Part shown: positions 1-9,561 of the stretch, one piece after another
Layout of the letters: each line of letters starts with the position of its first letter
Numbering within the stretch: the first letter of the stretch is position 1
Made by a program: the position numbers and the translations under genes
The notes under the pieces: model-generated
What the model was told of the DNA's origin: nothing
Database searches by the model: none
What the model saw: only the letters and a program-made list of their open reading frames with translations
Source of the DNA: Burkholderiaceae bacterium
GTDB lineage: Bacteria > Pseudomonadota > Gammaproteobacteria > Burkholderiales > Burkholderiaceae_C
Direction: 5' to 3'
DNA length: 64,000 nt
Assembly (NCBI GenBank): GCA_036500605.1
Contig: DASYBU010000014.1
Span: 3,150 to 67,149 of the forward strand

Positions 1-513
1 CGTGTGGACCCAGTATTGATAGAGCAGGTCGATCAGGCCCACGACGATCAGCACCAGCGGCGGCACGCCCGCCAAGGCCATCGGCAGGTAGAAGACCCAG
101 CCGAGCAGCCAGCCGCTGCCGGTCTGGCGCAGCGCGGTGCTGAGGTTGTACTCCTCGCTCTGGTGATGGACCACATGCGCAGCCCACAGCACGGCCATCT
201 CATGGCCCATGCGGTGCAGCCAGTAGTAGAGAAAGTCGTAGGCAATCAGCGCGCCGATCCAGACCCAGGGCGAGGATGTGGACAGATGCCAGGGCGCGAC
301 ATGCTCGTAGACCGCGTTGTAGACCAGCAGGGTCACCAGCCCGGTCAGCACGCCCACCAGCTGGCTCAGCATGCCCAGGCCGATGCTGTTCATCGCGTCG
401 GGCAGGCGGTAGGTGTTGCGGCCGCGGCGCCAGCCGACAAAGGCTTCAACGCCGATCAGGGCGAAGAAGACCGGCGTGACGAGGATGATGGTTTGGGCAG
501 AGGACAGGCTCAT
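1..513 (-). CDS. Sterol desaturase / fatty-acid hydroxylase superfamily membrane protein; 5' part only, the gene runs off the window edge
   Basis: My own minus-strand translation from the ATG at 513 gives MSLSSAQTIILVTPVFFALIGVEAF...HRMGHEMAVLWAAHVVHHQSEEYNLSTALRQTG, which has the histidine boxes of the FA_hydroxylase family. The ORF track omits it because there is no stop inside the window. It overlaps the next gene by 4 bp. Confidence 0.7.
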   Translation of the reverse strand, partial: MSLSSAQTIILVTPVFFALIGVEAFVGWRRGRNTYRLPDAMNSIGLGMLSQLVGVLTGLVTLLVYNAVYEHVAPWHLSTSSPWVWIGALIAYDFLYYWLHRMGHEMAVLWAAHVVHHQSEEYNLSTALRQTGSGWLLGWVFYLPMALAGVPPLVLIVVGLIDLLYQYWVHT

Positions 514-1157
514 GGCGTGGCTTCGTCGAGGCTCAGGTGGGCAAGGTGCAGGTCGTCGTTCCAGCCGGTGACGAGCAGACCTTCGGGCGAATACAGCAAG
601 CGGTTGATCGTGGCATTGCCAAGCAGCCAGGTGCGCGGCGCTTGCAGCGTGAGGCGCATGCCCGCGCGGTAGAGGCAGTCCATCACGCCGCCATGCGCGA
701 CCACGCAGATCGCCTCGCCCGGATGTGCGGCGGCGAGGCGCTCGACGGCGCTCACGCAGCGCTCGTAGAGCACCGGCAGTGATTCACCGCCGCCGGGCGC
801 GAAGGTCAGGTCACGCTGGCGCCAGCGCTGCGCGTCCTCGGGCCAGTTCGTGGCGATCTCGTCCCAGGTCTTGCCCTGGAAGTGGCCGAAGGCGCGTTCA
901 CGTAACGCCACGTCCAGATGCAGTGGCGCGCCGGTGGTGTTGGCAATCGCTTGAGCGGTGTCGCGCGCGCGCTCAAGATCGCTGCTGTAGATCGCGGCGA
1001 GAGGTTCGCCGCGCAGCGCTTCGGCTACTGCCAGCGCTTGAGCGCGGCCTCGTTCATTCAGGCCGATATCGAGTTGACCCTGGATGCGCGTGTCGCGGTT
1101 CCAGGCGGTTTCGCCATGACGGATGGCGAAGATGCGTGTGCTGCTGTCCAGGCCCAA
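510..1157 (-). CDS. Histidine phosphatase family protein (phosphoglycerate-mutase-like)
   Basis: 215 aa with the N-terminal catalytic RHGETAWN motif and the later AHGGV motif of the histidine phosphatase superfamily. Confidence 0.85.
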   Translation of the reverse strand: MGLDSSTRIFAIRHGETAWNRDTRIQGQLDIGLNERGRAQALAVAEALRGEPLAAIYSSDLERARDTAQAIANTTGAPLHLDVALRERAFGHFQGKTWDEIATNWPEDAQRWRQRDLTFAPGGGESLPVLYERCVSAVERLAAAHPGEAICVVAHGGVMDCLYRAGMRLTLQAPRTWLLGNATINRLLYSPEGLLVTGWNDDLHLAHLSLDEATP

Positions 1158-1159
1158 AC

Positions 1160-1483
1160 TCAGACTCCCCAGACGACGTCGGTCTTCTCGGCCAGACTTT
1201 GGCGCATCAGTTCGATCAACGGCCAGACACGTTGCTTCAGCTGAACGCCATCACGGCGCGGCGCGGCCTCGCCAGCGGCTTTCGCATCGGCCTGTGCCTT
1301 GCCGAAAGCAGCCTCGTCATCGGCCACGGCGCGCGACAGCGTCTCGATGGCCTGCGCCAGATCGGCAGCCTGGAAGATGCCCTTGGCCGCAGGCGCACGG
1401 CCGAGCAACTGCAGCATCTGATCGCCCTGAGGGCCCATCATGATGACGTCGCCACCGGCCTTGGATTTGAATTTGTACAACAT
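1160..1483 (-). CDS. DUF1840 domain protein
   Basis: 107 aa starting MLYKFKSKAGGDVIMMGPQGDQMLQLLGR, which matches my recollection of DUF1840 proteins in Burkholderiales. It sits 3 bp from the preceding gene. Confidence 0.55.
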   Translation of the reverse strand: MLYKFKSKAGGDVIMMGPQGDQMLQLLGRAPAAKGIFQAADLAQAIETLSRAVADDEAAFGKAQADAKAAGEAAPRRDGVQLKQRVWPLIELMRQSLAEKTDVVWGV

Positions 1484-1519
1484 GCCGGTATTGTGAACCG
1501 GCCGCCCTGATGGGGATAT

Positions 1520-3628
1520 TCAGCGCAACCCGGGGGTGCGGCGGCGCCAGACGCGCTCCTCAAAGGCGCGAGCTTCCAGCGCCGGCGCGTAGAGCCAGCC
1601 TTGATATTCGTTGCAGCCCAGGCGCTCAAGGAAGTCGCGTTGCGCTTCGGTTTCCACGCCCTCTGCAATCACTTGCAGGCGCAGGGCGCGGCCCATCTGG
1701 ACGATGGCGTTGACGATGCCGGCGTCGCTGACATCATCAGGCAAGCCCTTGACGAAGCTGCGGTCGATCTTGAGGCGCTGGATGGGAAAGCGCTTCAGGT
1801 AGCCGAGGCTCGAATAGCCGGTGCCGAAATCGTCGATCGACATGCACACGCCAAGTGCGGCGAGCGCCTGCATGCGCGAGAGGGCCTCGTCGGCATCGCG
1901 CAGCAGCACGGATTCGGTCAGCTCCAGTTCCAGCAGCGCGGGCGGCAGGCCCGAAGCGCGCAGGGCCTGGGCCACGCTGTCAACGAAATGGTTTTGCTGG
2001 AACTGCAGCGCCGAGACGTTGACCGCGATCTGCATGGGCTGGCCCATGCGCAGCCAGGTCGCTGCCTGCTCGACCGCCTGTTGCAGCACCCAGTCGCCGA
2101 TCGCGACGACGAAGCCGCTCTCCTCGGCCACGGGGATGAACTCGACCGGCGAGATCTCGCCGCGCAGCGGATCGCGCCAGCGGATCAGCGCCTCGCAGCC
2201 GATCACCCGGCCGGAGCCGAGGTTGATCTGCGGTTGGTAATGCAGGCGGAACTGGTTCTCCAGCAGCGCACGCCGCATGGCGTGGTCGAGGCGCATGCGC
2301 GAGAGCAGGTCGACCTCCTTGCGCGGCTGGTGGAAACGGAAGGCCCCACGGCCGCTTTCCTTGACCCAGTGCATCGCGCGCTCGGCGCTGGCCATCAGTT
2401 CGTCGGCACTGTTGCCGTCGCTGGGGAACAGCGCGATACCGGTGCTACACGTCACCGTAAAACTCAGCGTATCGAAATTGAACGGCTGCGACATCGCCTC
2501 CTGCACGCGCTGCGCAGCGGTTTCCGCCAGGCGCGCATCGGCTTCGTGGACCAGCAGCGCGAAGCTGTCGCCGCCCAGGCGGGCCACGGTGTCAACCTCG
2601 CGCATCGTCTGCTTGAGGCGTTCGCTGACTTCCTTGAGCACGCGGTCGCCATAGCTCTGGCCCAGCGTGTCGTTGATCTGCTTGAAGCGGTCCAGGTCGA
2701 CATTGAGCAGCGCGAACTGCTTGCTGTCGCGGCGCGCCATCGCCTGCGCATAGTCGATGCGTTCCGCCAGCGCGCGGCGATTCGGCAGGCCGGTCAGGAT
2801 GTCGGAATGCGAGAGCTCTTCGATGCGCTGGCTCGCGGCCAGTTTCTCGCTCAAATCGCGGAAGGAGAACACGCGACCGACCGGGCGGCCCCGGCTGAAC
2901 TGGGGCAGTGAGACGCGCTCGATCACGCGGCCGTTGAGCAGCGTGATCACGTCGCTGCTTTGCAGCATCGGCGCTTCCTGGATCGCGGACAGGCGCGTGG
3001 CGTACTCGGCGCCATCGCTCACGCTGCGGCGCATCCAGACCTGCACGGCCTCGTCGTTGCGTTCGATCAGCAGGTCTTCGGGCAGCTCCCACAGCGAGGC
3101 AAAGCGCTTGTTGAAGCTGCGCATGCGGCCGGCGAGGTCGGTCACGAGGATCGCGTCGGCGGTCGATTCGAGCGTGGCGCGCAGCTCGGAGACCAGCGCC
3201 TCGCGCTCTTCCTCCTGCTGGCGCTGGCGGGTCTGGTCGCGCATGGCGATGACCCAGTAACCTTGATGTTCAGCGGAGGGTACAAAGCTGATGCGGCGCG
3301 TCACCCACAGCATGCGGCCGTCCGAGTGGCGCATCACCGTGTCGGACTTGAGCTCGACGCCGTGCTTGTCGGTCAGGCTCGAGGCCTCGGCCCAGAACAT
3401 GGCATCTTCCGGCGTGCTGACCAGGGACTCAATCGACTCGCCAACGAGCGTGCCAGCCGGCATGCCGAGCAGCGATTCGGCCGCCGCGTTGATCGCAACG
3501 ACGTGCTGCGTGGCTGCATCCACCAACCAGACCGCGTCCTGCAAAGCGGCGAGCAAGGCGCTCTCTGCGCCGAGCGCCGGTACTTTGTGGGTACGCGGTT
3601 GAAGTTTGAGCAGACGCACAGGGCTCAC
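1520..3628 (-). CDS. PAS-GGDEF-EAL signalling protein; GGDEF A-site degenerate (GGDSF), EAL motifs intact, so probably a c-di-GMP phosphodiesterase
   Basis: 702 aa with N-terminal PAS repeats. The GGDEF region reads REVDTVARLGGDSF: the RxxD I-site sits at canonical spacing but GGDEF has become GGDSF. The EAL domain keeps EALIRW, NVS, ELTE, DDFGTG, KID and EGVE. Confidence 0.9.
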   Translation of the reverse strand: MSPVRLLKLQPRTHKVPALGAESALLAALQDAVWLVDAATQHVVAINAAAESLLGMPAGTLVGESIESLVSTPEDAMFWAEASSLTDKHGVELKSDTVMRHSDGRMLWVTRRISFVPSAEHQGYWVIAMRDQTRQRQQEEEREALVSELRATLESTADAILVTDLAGRMRSFNKRFASLWELPEDLLIERNDEAVQVWMRRSVSDGAEYATRLSAIQEAPMLQSSDVITLLNGRVIERVSLPQFSRGRPVGRVFSFRDLSEKLAASQRIEELSHSDILTGLPNRRALAERIDYAQAMARRDSKQFALLNVDLDRFKQINDTLGQSYGDRVLKEVSERLKQTMREVDTVARLGGDSFALLVHEADARLAETAAQRVQEAMSQPFNFDTLSFTVTCSTGIALFPSDGNSADELMASAERAMHWVKESGRGAFRFHQPRKEVDLLSRMRLDHAMRRALLENQFRLHYQPQINLGSGRVIGCEALIRWRDPLRGEISPVEFIPVAEESGFVVAIGDWVLQQAVEQAATWLRMGQPMQIAVNVSALQFQQNHFVDSVAQALRASGLPPALLELELTESVLLRDADEALSRMQALAALGVCMSIDDFGTGYSSLGYLKRFPIQRLKIDRSFVKGLPDDVSDAGIVNAIVQMGRALRLQVIAEGVETEAQRDFLERLGCNEYQGWLYAPALEARAFEERVWRRRTPGLR

Positions 3629-4962
3629 GCCGCCAGTTCCCCTGCAACCGTCGTCGGCCCAGTGGATTCAAAGAAGTAGGCCACGCGGGTGCGCGGGCTC
3701 AGGTAGTCGAGAGAGGCGCGCGGCAGTTGCGCGGCCTTCAGGCTGCGGCGGATGCCCAGGTCCGGCTGCTCTTCAAGATTGACGACCAGCGCCTCTTCAC
3801 GCGGCACGCGCGGGTCGTGCACCAGCACCTTCGGCTTGAGCGGGCGGGTCGAGTTGACGGCTTCCACGATCGCGTAGCGGTCATCGGTCAGCTGCACGAT
3901 CGAGCCCGGCGGGTACACGCCCATCATGCGGATGAAGGCATTGAGCATGGTCGCATCAAAGCGGTTGCGGCCCTGCGCGAACATCAGCGAGAGCGCCTCG
4001 TGCGGCGTCATCGAGCGCGAAACCTGCAAAGGGTTGCACAGGCCATCGAAGCGGTTGACCAGGGCCACGATGCGCGCACCCGCGCTCATCTTGTCCATGT
4101 TGATGCGCTGCGGGAAGCCGCTGCCATCGGCGTTCTCATGGTGCTGGGCGATGACCAGCAGCGGCGCGGGCGACATGCCCATGCTCTGCGCGATCGCCAC
4201 GCCCTTGGCCACATGGCTTTGATAAGTCTGGGTCTCGATCGCGGTGAAGCTGTCATCGCGATGGCGCAGGCGCGGCGGCACTTCGATCTTGCCCACGTCG
4301 TGCATCAGCGCGCCGACGCCCAGGCCCATCATCTCGTCGCGGTTCATGCCGAAGGCACGGCTCAGCAGCAGAGAAATGATCGCCACGTTCAGCGCATGCG
4401 CGGTCACGCGGTCGCCCGCGCCTTCGCTGAGCAGGCGGATGTTGAGGTCGCCCTCGACCAGCATCTTGTCGAGCAGCGCCGAGGTCAGCGCCTCGGACTG
4501 TTCGCGGCTGGCGGTCGGCTCGCGCGGCACCAGTTCCATCACGCGGTGGAAGGCGGCCCCTGCCTCACCGTACTGGCGCTCGCAGATCGCCAGCGCTTCA
4601 CGCTGTTCGGCCAGCGCGCGGCGGTGGGCTTCGCGGGCCAGATCCTCGGCGCTCATTTCGGGCTCGGCGGCTTCGGCCGTCGCGCTGTCGGCGTCGGAAG
4701 TGGCCGGCAAAACGGCGGCGTCAAGCTGCAGATCGCTCTTGCCCGGGCTCCAGCGCACCTGGGTCAGGCCCAGGCGGCGCAGCACCAGCAATTGGTCGTC
4801 GGAGCTCAGCTTGAAGCTCGACAAGGGAAAGGGATGCGACATCCAGCCCAGGTCCAGGTGGATGAACATTCCCACCTTCAGCTGGTTCACGTCGATCACG
4901 GGATCGCTGGTTCTGTCCTTCATGGATGTCTCTACCTCCTCTGGGGAGGCCCCCTCCGGCAT
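3625..4962 (-). CDS. HD-GYP domain c-di-GMP phosphodiesterase (DUF3391-like N-terminus)
   Basis: 445 aa with the HD motif LMHDVGKIEVP and the HHENADGSGFPQ variant of the GYP motif. Its stop overlaps the start of the PAS-GGDEF-EAL gene by 4 bp, consistent with translational coupling. Confidence 0.88.
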   Translation of the reverse strand: MPEGASPEEVETSMKDRTSDPVIDVNQLKVGMFIHLDLGWMSHPFPLSSFKLSSDDQLLVLRRLGLTQVRWSPGKSDLQLDAAVLPATSDADSATAEAAEPEMSAEDLAREAHRRALAEQREALAICERQYGEAGAAFHRVMELVPREPTASREQSEALTSALLDKMLVEGDLNIRLLSEGAGDRVTAHALNVAIISLLLSRAFGMNRDEMMGLGVGALMHDVGKIEVPPRLRHRDDSFTAIETQTYQSHVAKGVAIAQSMGMSPAPLLVIAQHHENADGSGFPQRINMDKMSAGARIVALVNRFDGLCNPLQVSRSMTPHEALSLMFAQGRNRFDATMLNAFIRMMGVYPPGSIVQLTDDRYAIVEAVNSTRPLKPKVLVHDPRVPREEALVVNLEEQPDLGIRRSLKAAQLPRASLDYLSPRTRVAYFFESTGPTTVAGELAA

Positions 4963-5213
4963 CTCGGATGCGTTTGTTTGTTCGAGGTTGCCACTCTGAG
5001 GCCTCTTGGGGGGCTCGGTGCACTGTTGCTAGCGAATCGAGTGCAAATTCTCACAACTTCGTCTTGATAAGCATCACAAACACAACACTTGTTGCAGGGG
5101 CAAATTGGACTACTTAATGAAATATTGACCCAGTACGGGTTTCCACAGGGAAGCTGGCGGATGCGCGACTTTTGCGATGATGCTTGCCTCCAAAGATACG
5201 CGATGACCCGCAA

Positions 5214-6440
5214 ATGACAAACCCCGCCGGCGCTGCCCTGATCTGTGACGCAATCCGCACTCCCTTCGGCCGATACGGGGGGGCCCTGGCCTCGGTTCGT
5301 GCAGATGATCTCGGCGCGGTGCCCCTCAAGGCGCTGATGGCGCGCAACCCGCAGGTCGACTGGTCGGCGGTGGACGATGTGATCTACGGCTGCGCCAACC
5401 AGGCCGGCGAAGATAACCGCAACGTCGCGCGCATGTCGGCTTTGCTGGCCGGCTTGCCGCAGAGCGTTCCGGGCTCCACGGTCAACCGTTTGTGCGGCTC
5501 GGGCATGGACGCCGTGGGCACCGCCGCGCGAGCCATCAAGAGCGGAGAAGCCCAGCTGATGCTGGCTGGCGGCGTGGAGAGCATGAGCCGCGCACCCTTC
5601 GTGATGCCCAAGGCCGAGAGCGCCTACTCAAGAAGCCACGCGATCCATGACACCACGATCGGCTGGCGTTTCATCAACCCGCTGATGAAGGCGCAATACG
5701 GCGTGGACTCGATGCCCGAGACCGCCGAAAACGTGGCGACCGACTTCGGCATCGAGCGCGAAGCGCAGGACCGCATGGCCCTGGCCAGCCAGCGCAAGGC
5801 ACTTGCGGCGCAGGCTGCCGGTTATCTCGATGCCGAGATCACGCCGGTCTTGATCGCCCCAAAAAAGGGCCAGAAGGGGGAAGGACTCCTCATCAAGCTT
5901 GATGAGCATCCGCGCGAGACCAGCCTCGAAGCGCTCGCCAGGCTCAAGGGCGTGGTGCGGCCCGACGGCACGGTAACCGCCGGCAATGCTTCAGGTGTCA
6001 ACGATGGCGCCTGCGCTTTGTTGCTGGCAAACGAGGCTGCGGCCGCGCGTCATGGCCTCAAGCCGCGCGCTCGCGTGCTTGGCATGGCCACGGCTGGCGT
6101 GGCGCCGCGCATCATGGGCATCGGCCCGGCGCCCGCGAGCCAGCGCGTGTTGGCGCAACTTGGATTGCAGCTCGCACAGATGGATGTGATCGAGTTGAAC
6201 GAAGCGTTCGCCGCCCAGGGGCTTGCGGTGCTGCGCCAACTCGGCCTCGCCGACGATGATGAACGCGTCAACCGCTGGGGCGGCGCGATTGCACTGGGCC
6301 ATCCGCTCGGTGCCAGCGGCGCGCGGCTGATCACCACGGCGCTGCATCAGCTCGAGCAGATCGGCGGCCGCTACGCGCTTTGCACGATGTGCATTGGTGT
6401 AGGACAGGGCGTTGCCCTGGTGATCGAGAGGGCTATGTAA
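5214..6440 (+). CDS. pcaF: 3-oxoadipyl-CoA / beta-ketoadipyl-CoA thiolase (PcaF/PaaJ type)
   Basis: About 408 aa from the ATG at 5214, starting MTNPAGAALICDAIRTPFGRYGG, with thiolase signatures NRLCGSGMDAV and CTMCIGVGQG. The track ORF begins at a TTG at 5184. An AT-rich promoter-like region lies upstream at 5040-5140. Confidence 0.85.
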   Translation: MTNPAGAALICDAIRTPFGRYGGALASVRADDLGAVPLKALMARNPQVDWSAVDDVIYGCANQAGEDNRNVARMSALLAGLPQSVPGSTVNRLCGSGMDAVGTAARAIKSGEAQLMLAGGVESMSRAPFVMPKAESAYSRSHAIHDTTIGWRFINPLMKAQYGVDSMPETAENVATDFGIEREAQDRMALASQRKALAAQAAGYLDAEITPVLIAPKKGQKGEGLLIKLDEHPRETSLEALARLKGVVRPDGTVTAGNASGVNDGACALLLANEAAAARHGLKPRARVLGMATAGVAPRIMGIGPAPASQRVLAQLGLQLAQMDVIELNEAFAAQGLAVLRQLGLADDDERVNRWGGAIALGHPLGASGARLITTALHQLEQIGGRYALCTMCIGVGQGVALVIERAM

Positions 6441-6679
6441 AAGCTCACGCACGCGCACCTGCGATCGCGCCGAAAATGCCGCTTAACTGTGACGTTAGGC
6501 ACGGATAGCGGATGGTGATATTGAAGCCATGTGCGATAGGCATACCCGCCGCCCCAAACGCAATGGCGTGAGGCAAGCGATGGCTTCTATAGTTTCGCCT
6601 TTGCACGTCCCGCACCGGCTTGGACGCCTTCCGCATGTACGCCCGCAAGTCGTTGGGCGCCTCTCGCAACAAGCTCTCA

Positions 6680-7492
6680 ATGACTGCAGTCAGCGAATTA
6701 GAAGAAGACGCGTTGGAAGCCGCTACCGGCGCACAAGTGCCCCTCAAACGAGATCTGGTGGCCGGCCTTGAAAAGGGCCTCGCGGTGATCGAGGCCTTCG
6801 ACCAGGAGCGTCCGCGGCTGACCATTTCGCAAGTGGCCGAACGCACGGGCCTGACCCGTGCCGCCGCGCGCCGCTATCTGCTCACGCTGATGCATCTGGG
6901 CTTTGTGTCGCAAGACCGCAAGATGTTCGCGCTGACGCCCAAGGTGCTCTCGCTCGGCCAGAGCTATCTGCACTCCGCACGACTGCCTCGCATCGTCGAA
7001 CCCGAGCTGAACAAGCTTGCGTTGATGCTCAAGGAAGCCAGCGCGGCCTGCGTGCTCGACGGCTTTGATGTGGTGGTGGTGGGTGCCGCCAGCGCGGGCC
7101 GCATGCCGATCCCGAGCCTGCAGCCGGGCAAACGCGTGCCGGCCTATTGCACCAGCATCGGCCGCGTGTTGCTGGCCGCCTTGCCGCCCGAGCAGATCAA
7201 CACGTGGCTGGCTGAGCACCCTCTCGTGGCCCATACGCCGAACACCGTCACGCAACCGGACCGGCTGCGCATGGAGATCGCGCGCGCCCGTGCACAGGGC
7301 TATGCCTTCACCGACCAGGAGTTCATGCAGGGCCTGCGTACCGTCGCCGTGCCCTTGCTGAACCATCGCGGTGACGTGGTGGCCGCGCTGAATCTTTGCG
7401 TGCCCGCGGCCCGCATGGGCGTGGAAGAGATGATCGACCAGTGCCTGCCTCCGCTGCTGCAGACGCAGGCGCACTTGAAGGTGCTGCTCTAA
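6680..7492 (+). CDS. pcaR: IclR-family transcriptional regulator (PcaR/PobR-like)
   Basis: N-terminal helix-turn-helix GLEKGLAVIEAF...ISQVAERTGLTRAAARRYLLTL followed by an IclR effector domain. Starts at 6620 or 6635 are also possible. Confidence 0.8.
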   Translation: MTAVSELEEDALEAATGAQVPLKRDLVAGLEKGLAVIEAFDQERPRLTISQVAERTGLTRAAARRYLLTLMHLGFVSQDRKMFALTPKVLSLGQSYLHSARLPRIVEPELNKLALMLKEASAACVLDGFDVVVVGAASAGRMPIPSLQPGKRVPAYCTSIGRVLLAALPPEQINTWLAEHPLVAHTPNTVTQPDRLRMEIARARAQGYAFTDQEFMQGLRTVAVPLLNHRGDVVAALNLCVPAARMGVEEMIDQCLPPLLQTQAHLKVLL

Positions 7493-7525
7493 ACACGCTT
7501 AGTGCGCTTGCGATTTCGCGACAAG

Positions 7526-7560
7526 GAAAAACGGCCACCTCGCGGTGGCCGTTTCGCTTT
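7526..7560. terminator. Bidirectional rho-independent terminator between two convergent genes
   Basis: AAACGGCCACC-TCGC-GGTGGCCGTTT, a 9-bp GC stem with T-runs on both strands, placed between pcaR (+) and the lipoprotein gene (-). Confidence 0.7.
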
Positions 7561-7575
7561 GAGTCGCAGTTCCGA

Positions 7576-9534
7576 TCAGGGCTTGATCATCAGCTTCTGG
7601 ATGTACATCGTGCCGCTCGTGTTGACGTTCGACAGGCGCAGCAGCAGCGGCTGCGTGATCGGCGAGGTCGGCGTGAACGAGGTGGCGCCGGTCGGCGAGG
7701 TCGTCAGCAGATTCACCTCATCGCAGACCGAGCCCGCGCAGGCCGAGCGCGTGCCGGAGGTCGTGACGATGTTGTGCCAAGTGGTGCCATCCGTCGAGTA
7801 GTCGAGTGCGTAGCCGTTCGATCCGCTGCGGAAGAACTCGAAGCTGAACTGGCTCAGGCTGCGCAGATTGAACATCACGAAGCCCGCAGCACCGACCTGC
7901 TTGGAGATCTGGATATTGCCCACCAGGCTGATGGGCGAACCGGTCGTGGCGTTGGCCAGGTCGGAGGTGTACTTGACGGTCGAGCTCGCGCCGGTGGTGA
8001 GGCTGCCGTTCTCGCTGGCGCAGATGAACTGCTGGCCGGTGGCGGTGACCATCGTGCCCATCGCCGGGCCATTCGTCGTGCCGGGCCAGCTTTCAAAGGC
8101 GGCCGGGTCGCCGCTGGCTGAGAGGCCCGCCAGATAGGTGCCGGTGTTGGGGCCGCCGGACGAGGTCGTGCCCAGGCCGGTCAGCGGCACAAGCGTGCCC
8201 GAGGGGCCGCCGAACGTGCTGTTCAGCGTGGCCGCATCCATCATCACTCCGCAGGAGCCGGCGATCTGCACAGCACCGGCCGAGACCGAGGTGGTCGTCG
8301 TGCAGTTGGCCGCCAGCGTGCAGCTCGCGCCGGTGCCCGGTGCCACCGTGTTGACGAGGCTGCCCGCTGCACTGGCCGGCGCCGACAACACGACCGAGGC
8401 CGTGCCGCCGCCCGCCGCCAGGCCGGCCGGGATTGCGCAGGTCACCGTGCTGCCCGTCAGCGCGCCGCAAGTGGCGCCCGTCGGTGTCACCGTCAAACTG
8501 CCGAGGCCGCTCGAAGGCAGCGTGTCGGTCAGCGTGATCGCGCCGGTGGACGGGCCCGTGCCGCTGTTGGTCGCGGTCAGCGTCCAGCTGATGGTGTCGC
8601 CGACAAAGGCCGAGGTCTTGTTGACGCTGCTGGTGACCCTGACGTCAGGAATCGCGGCCGCGGCCACGGCTGTGCTCGTCGTGCAGGTCGCGGTTGATGC
8701 ACAGGAAGCGCCCGTGCCCGGCGCCACCGTGTTGACAAGGTTGCCCACCGCGTTGGCCGGCGCAGCGATGACGATCGTCGCGGTGCCGTTGGTCGCGGCC
8801 AGCCCGGTCGGGATCGTGCAGCTCAAGGTGTTGCCCGAGACGGCGTTGCAGGTCGCACCAGTCGGCGTCACCGTGACGGCGCCGATGCCGCTCGCGGGCA
8901 GCGTGTCCGTCAGCGTGATCGGCGCCGTGGTCGGGCCGCCGGTGTTGACGGCGGTGAGGGTCCAGTGGACCGTGCTGCCGGTGGAAGTCGTGGCCGTGTC
9001 GACGCTTGCGCTAACCGTCACGTTCGGCGGAATCGGCCGAGCACTGACCGCGGTCGTCGTGCTGCAATCGGCCGTCGACGAGCAGCCATGCACGCCGGCG
9101 CCGGAAGCTTCGACCGAGCTGGCGAGCGTGCCGACCGCCAAGGTCGTGGCCGAGACGACGACCGTGGCCGAGCTGCCCGGCGTGGCGCCGGCCGCGATGG
9201 TGCAGGTCAGCGTGCTGACGGCGGGGCCGCACGACGCACCACTCGCCACCACCGAGATCGCGTTGACGTTCGTGGGCAGATTGGCCAGCAGCGTGGTCGT
9301 GCCCGCAGTCGCGCCATTGCCGCTGTTGGTGGCGGTGACGGTCCAGGTGACGCGGTCGCCCACCAGCACGGCGCCGTTGTCCACCGTCTCCGAGACGATG
9401 ATCTTGGACGCCAGGGCGACTTGCGTGCCACTGGAGCTGCCGTCATCGCCGCCGCCGCAGCCGTACAACAGGCTCGGCAATATCGCGATGGCTATCGCGT
9501 TCCTGATGAAATTCCTCATGCTTGTCTCCTGCAT
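7576..9534 (-). CDS. Lipoprotein with three tandem DUF11-like (conserved repeat domain) modules and a C-terminal jelly-roll or carbohydrate-binding-like domain
   Basis: 652 aa with a signal peptide and lipobox (LLYGC-GGG). It has three ~115-aa repeats of the form ...VGDxVxWTxTATNSG...TxTDTLPxxG...TCxIPxGLAA...NTVAPGTGASC...; the C-terminal ~230 aa reads FSFEFFRSGSNGYALDYSTDGTTWHNI. The plus-strand ORF at 8138..9625 is its antisense shadow. Confidence 0.75.
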   Translation of the reverse strand: MQETSMRNFIRNAIAIAILPSLLYGCGGGDDGSSSGTQVALASKIIVSETVDNGAVLVGDRVTWTVTATNSGNGATAGTTTLLANLPTNVNAISVVASGASCGPAVSTLTCTIAAGATPGSSATVVVSATTLAVGTLASSVEASGAGVHGCSSTADCSTTTAVSARPIPPNVTVSASVDTATTSTGSTVHWTLTAVNTGGPTTAPITLTDTLPASGIGAVTVTPTGATCNAVSGNTLSCTIPTGLAATNGTATIVIAAPANAVGNLVNTVAPGTGASCASTATCTTSTAVAAAAIPDVRVTSSVNKTSAFVGDTISWTLTATNSGTGPSTGAITLTDTLPSSGLGSLTVTPTGATCGALTGSTVTCAIPAGLAAGGGTASVVLSAPASAAGSLVNTVAPGTGASCTLAANCTTTTSVSAGAVQIAGSCGVMMDAATLNSTFGGPSGTLVPLTGLGTTSSGGPNTGTYLAGLSASGDPAAFESWPGTTNGPAMGTMVTATGQQFICASENGSLTTGASSTVKYTSDLANATTGSPISLVGNIQISKQVGAAGFVMFNLRSLSQFSFEFFRSGSNGYALDYSTDGTTWHNIVTTSGTRSACAGSVCDEVNLLTTSPTGATSFTPTSPITQPLLLRLSNVNTSGTMYIQKLMIKP

Positions 9535-9561
9535 TGATCTTGTGTTCGAGGTCTTGGGTGT

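Noticed and set aside
4-672. 222-aa plus-strand ORF at the left edge
   Set aside because: His/Gln/Arg-rich antisense to the histidine-box desaturase and the histidine phosphatase; no motifs.
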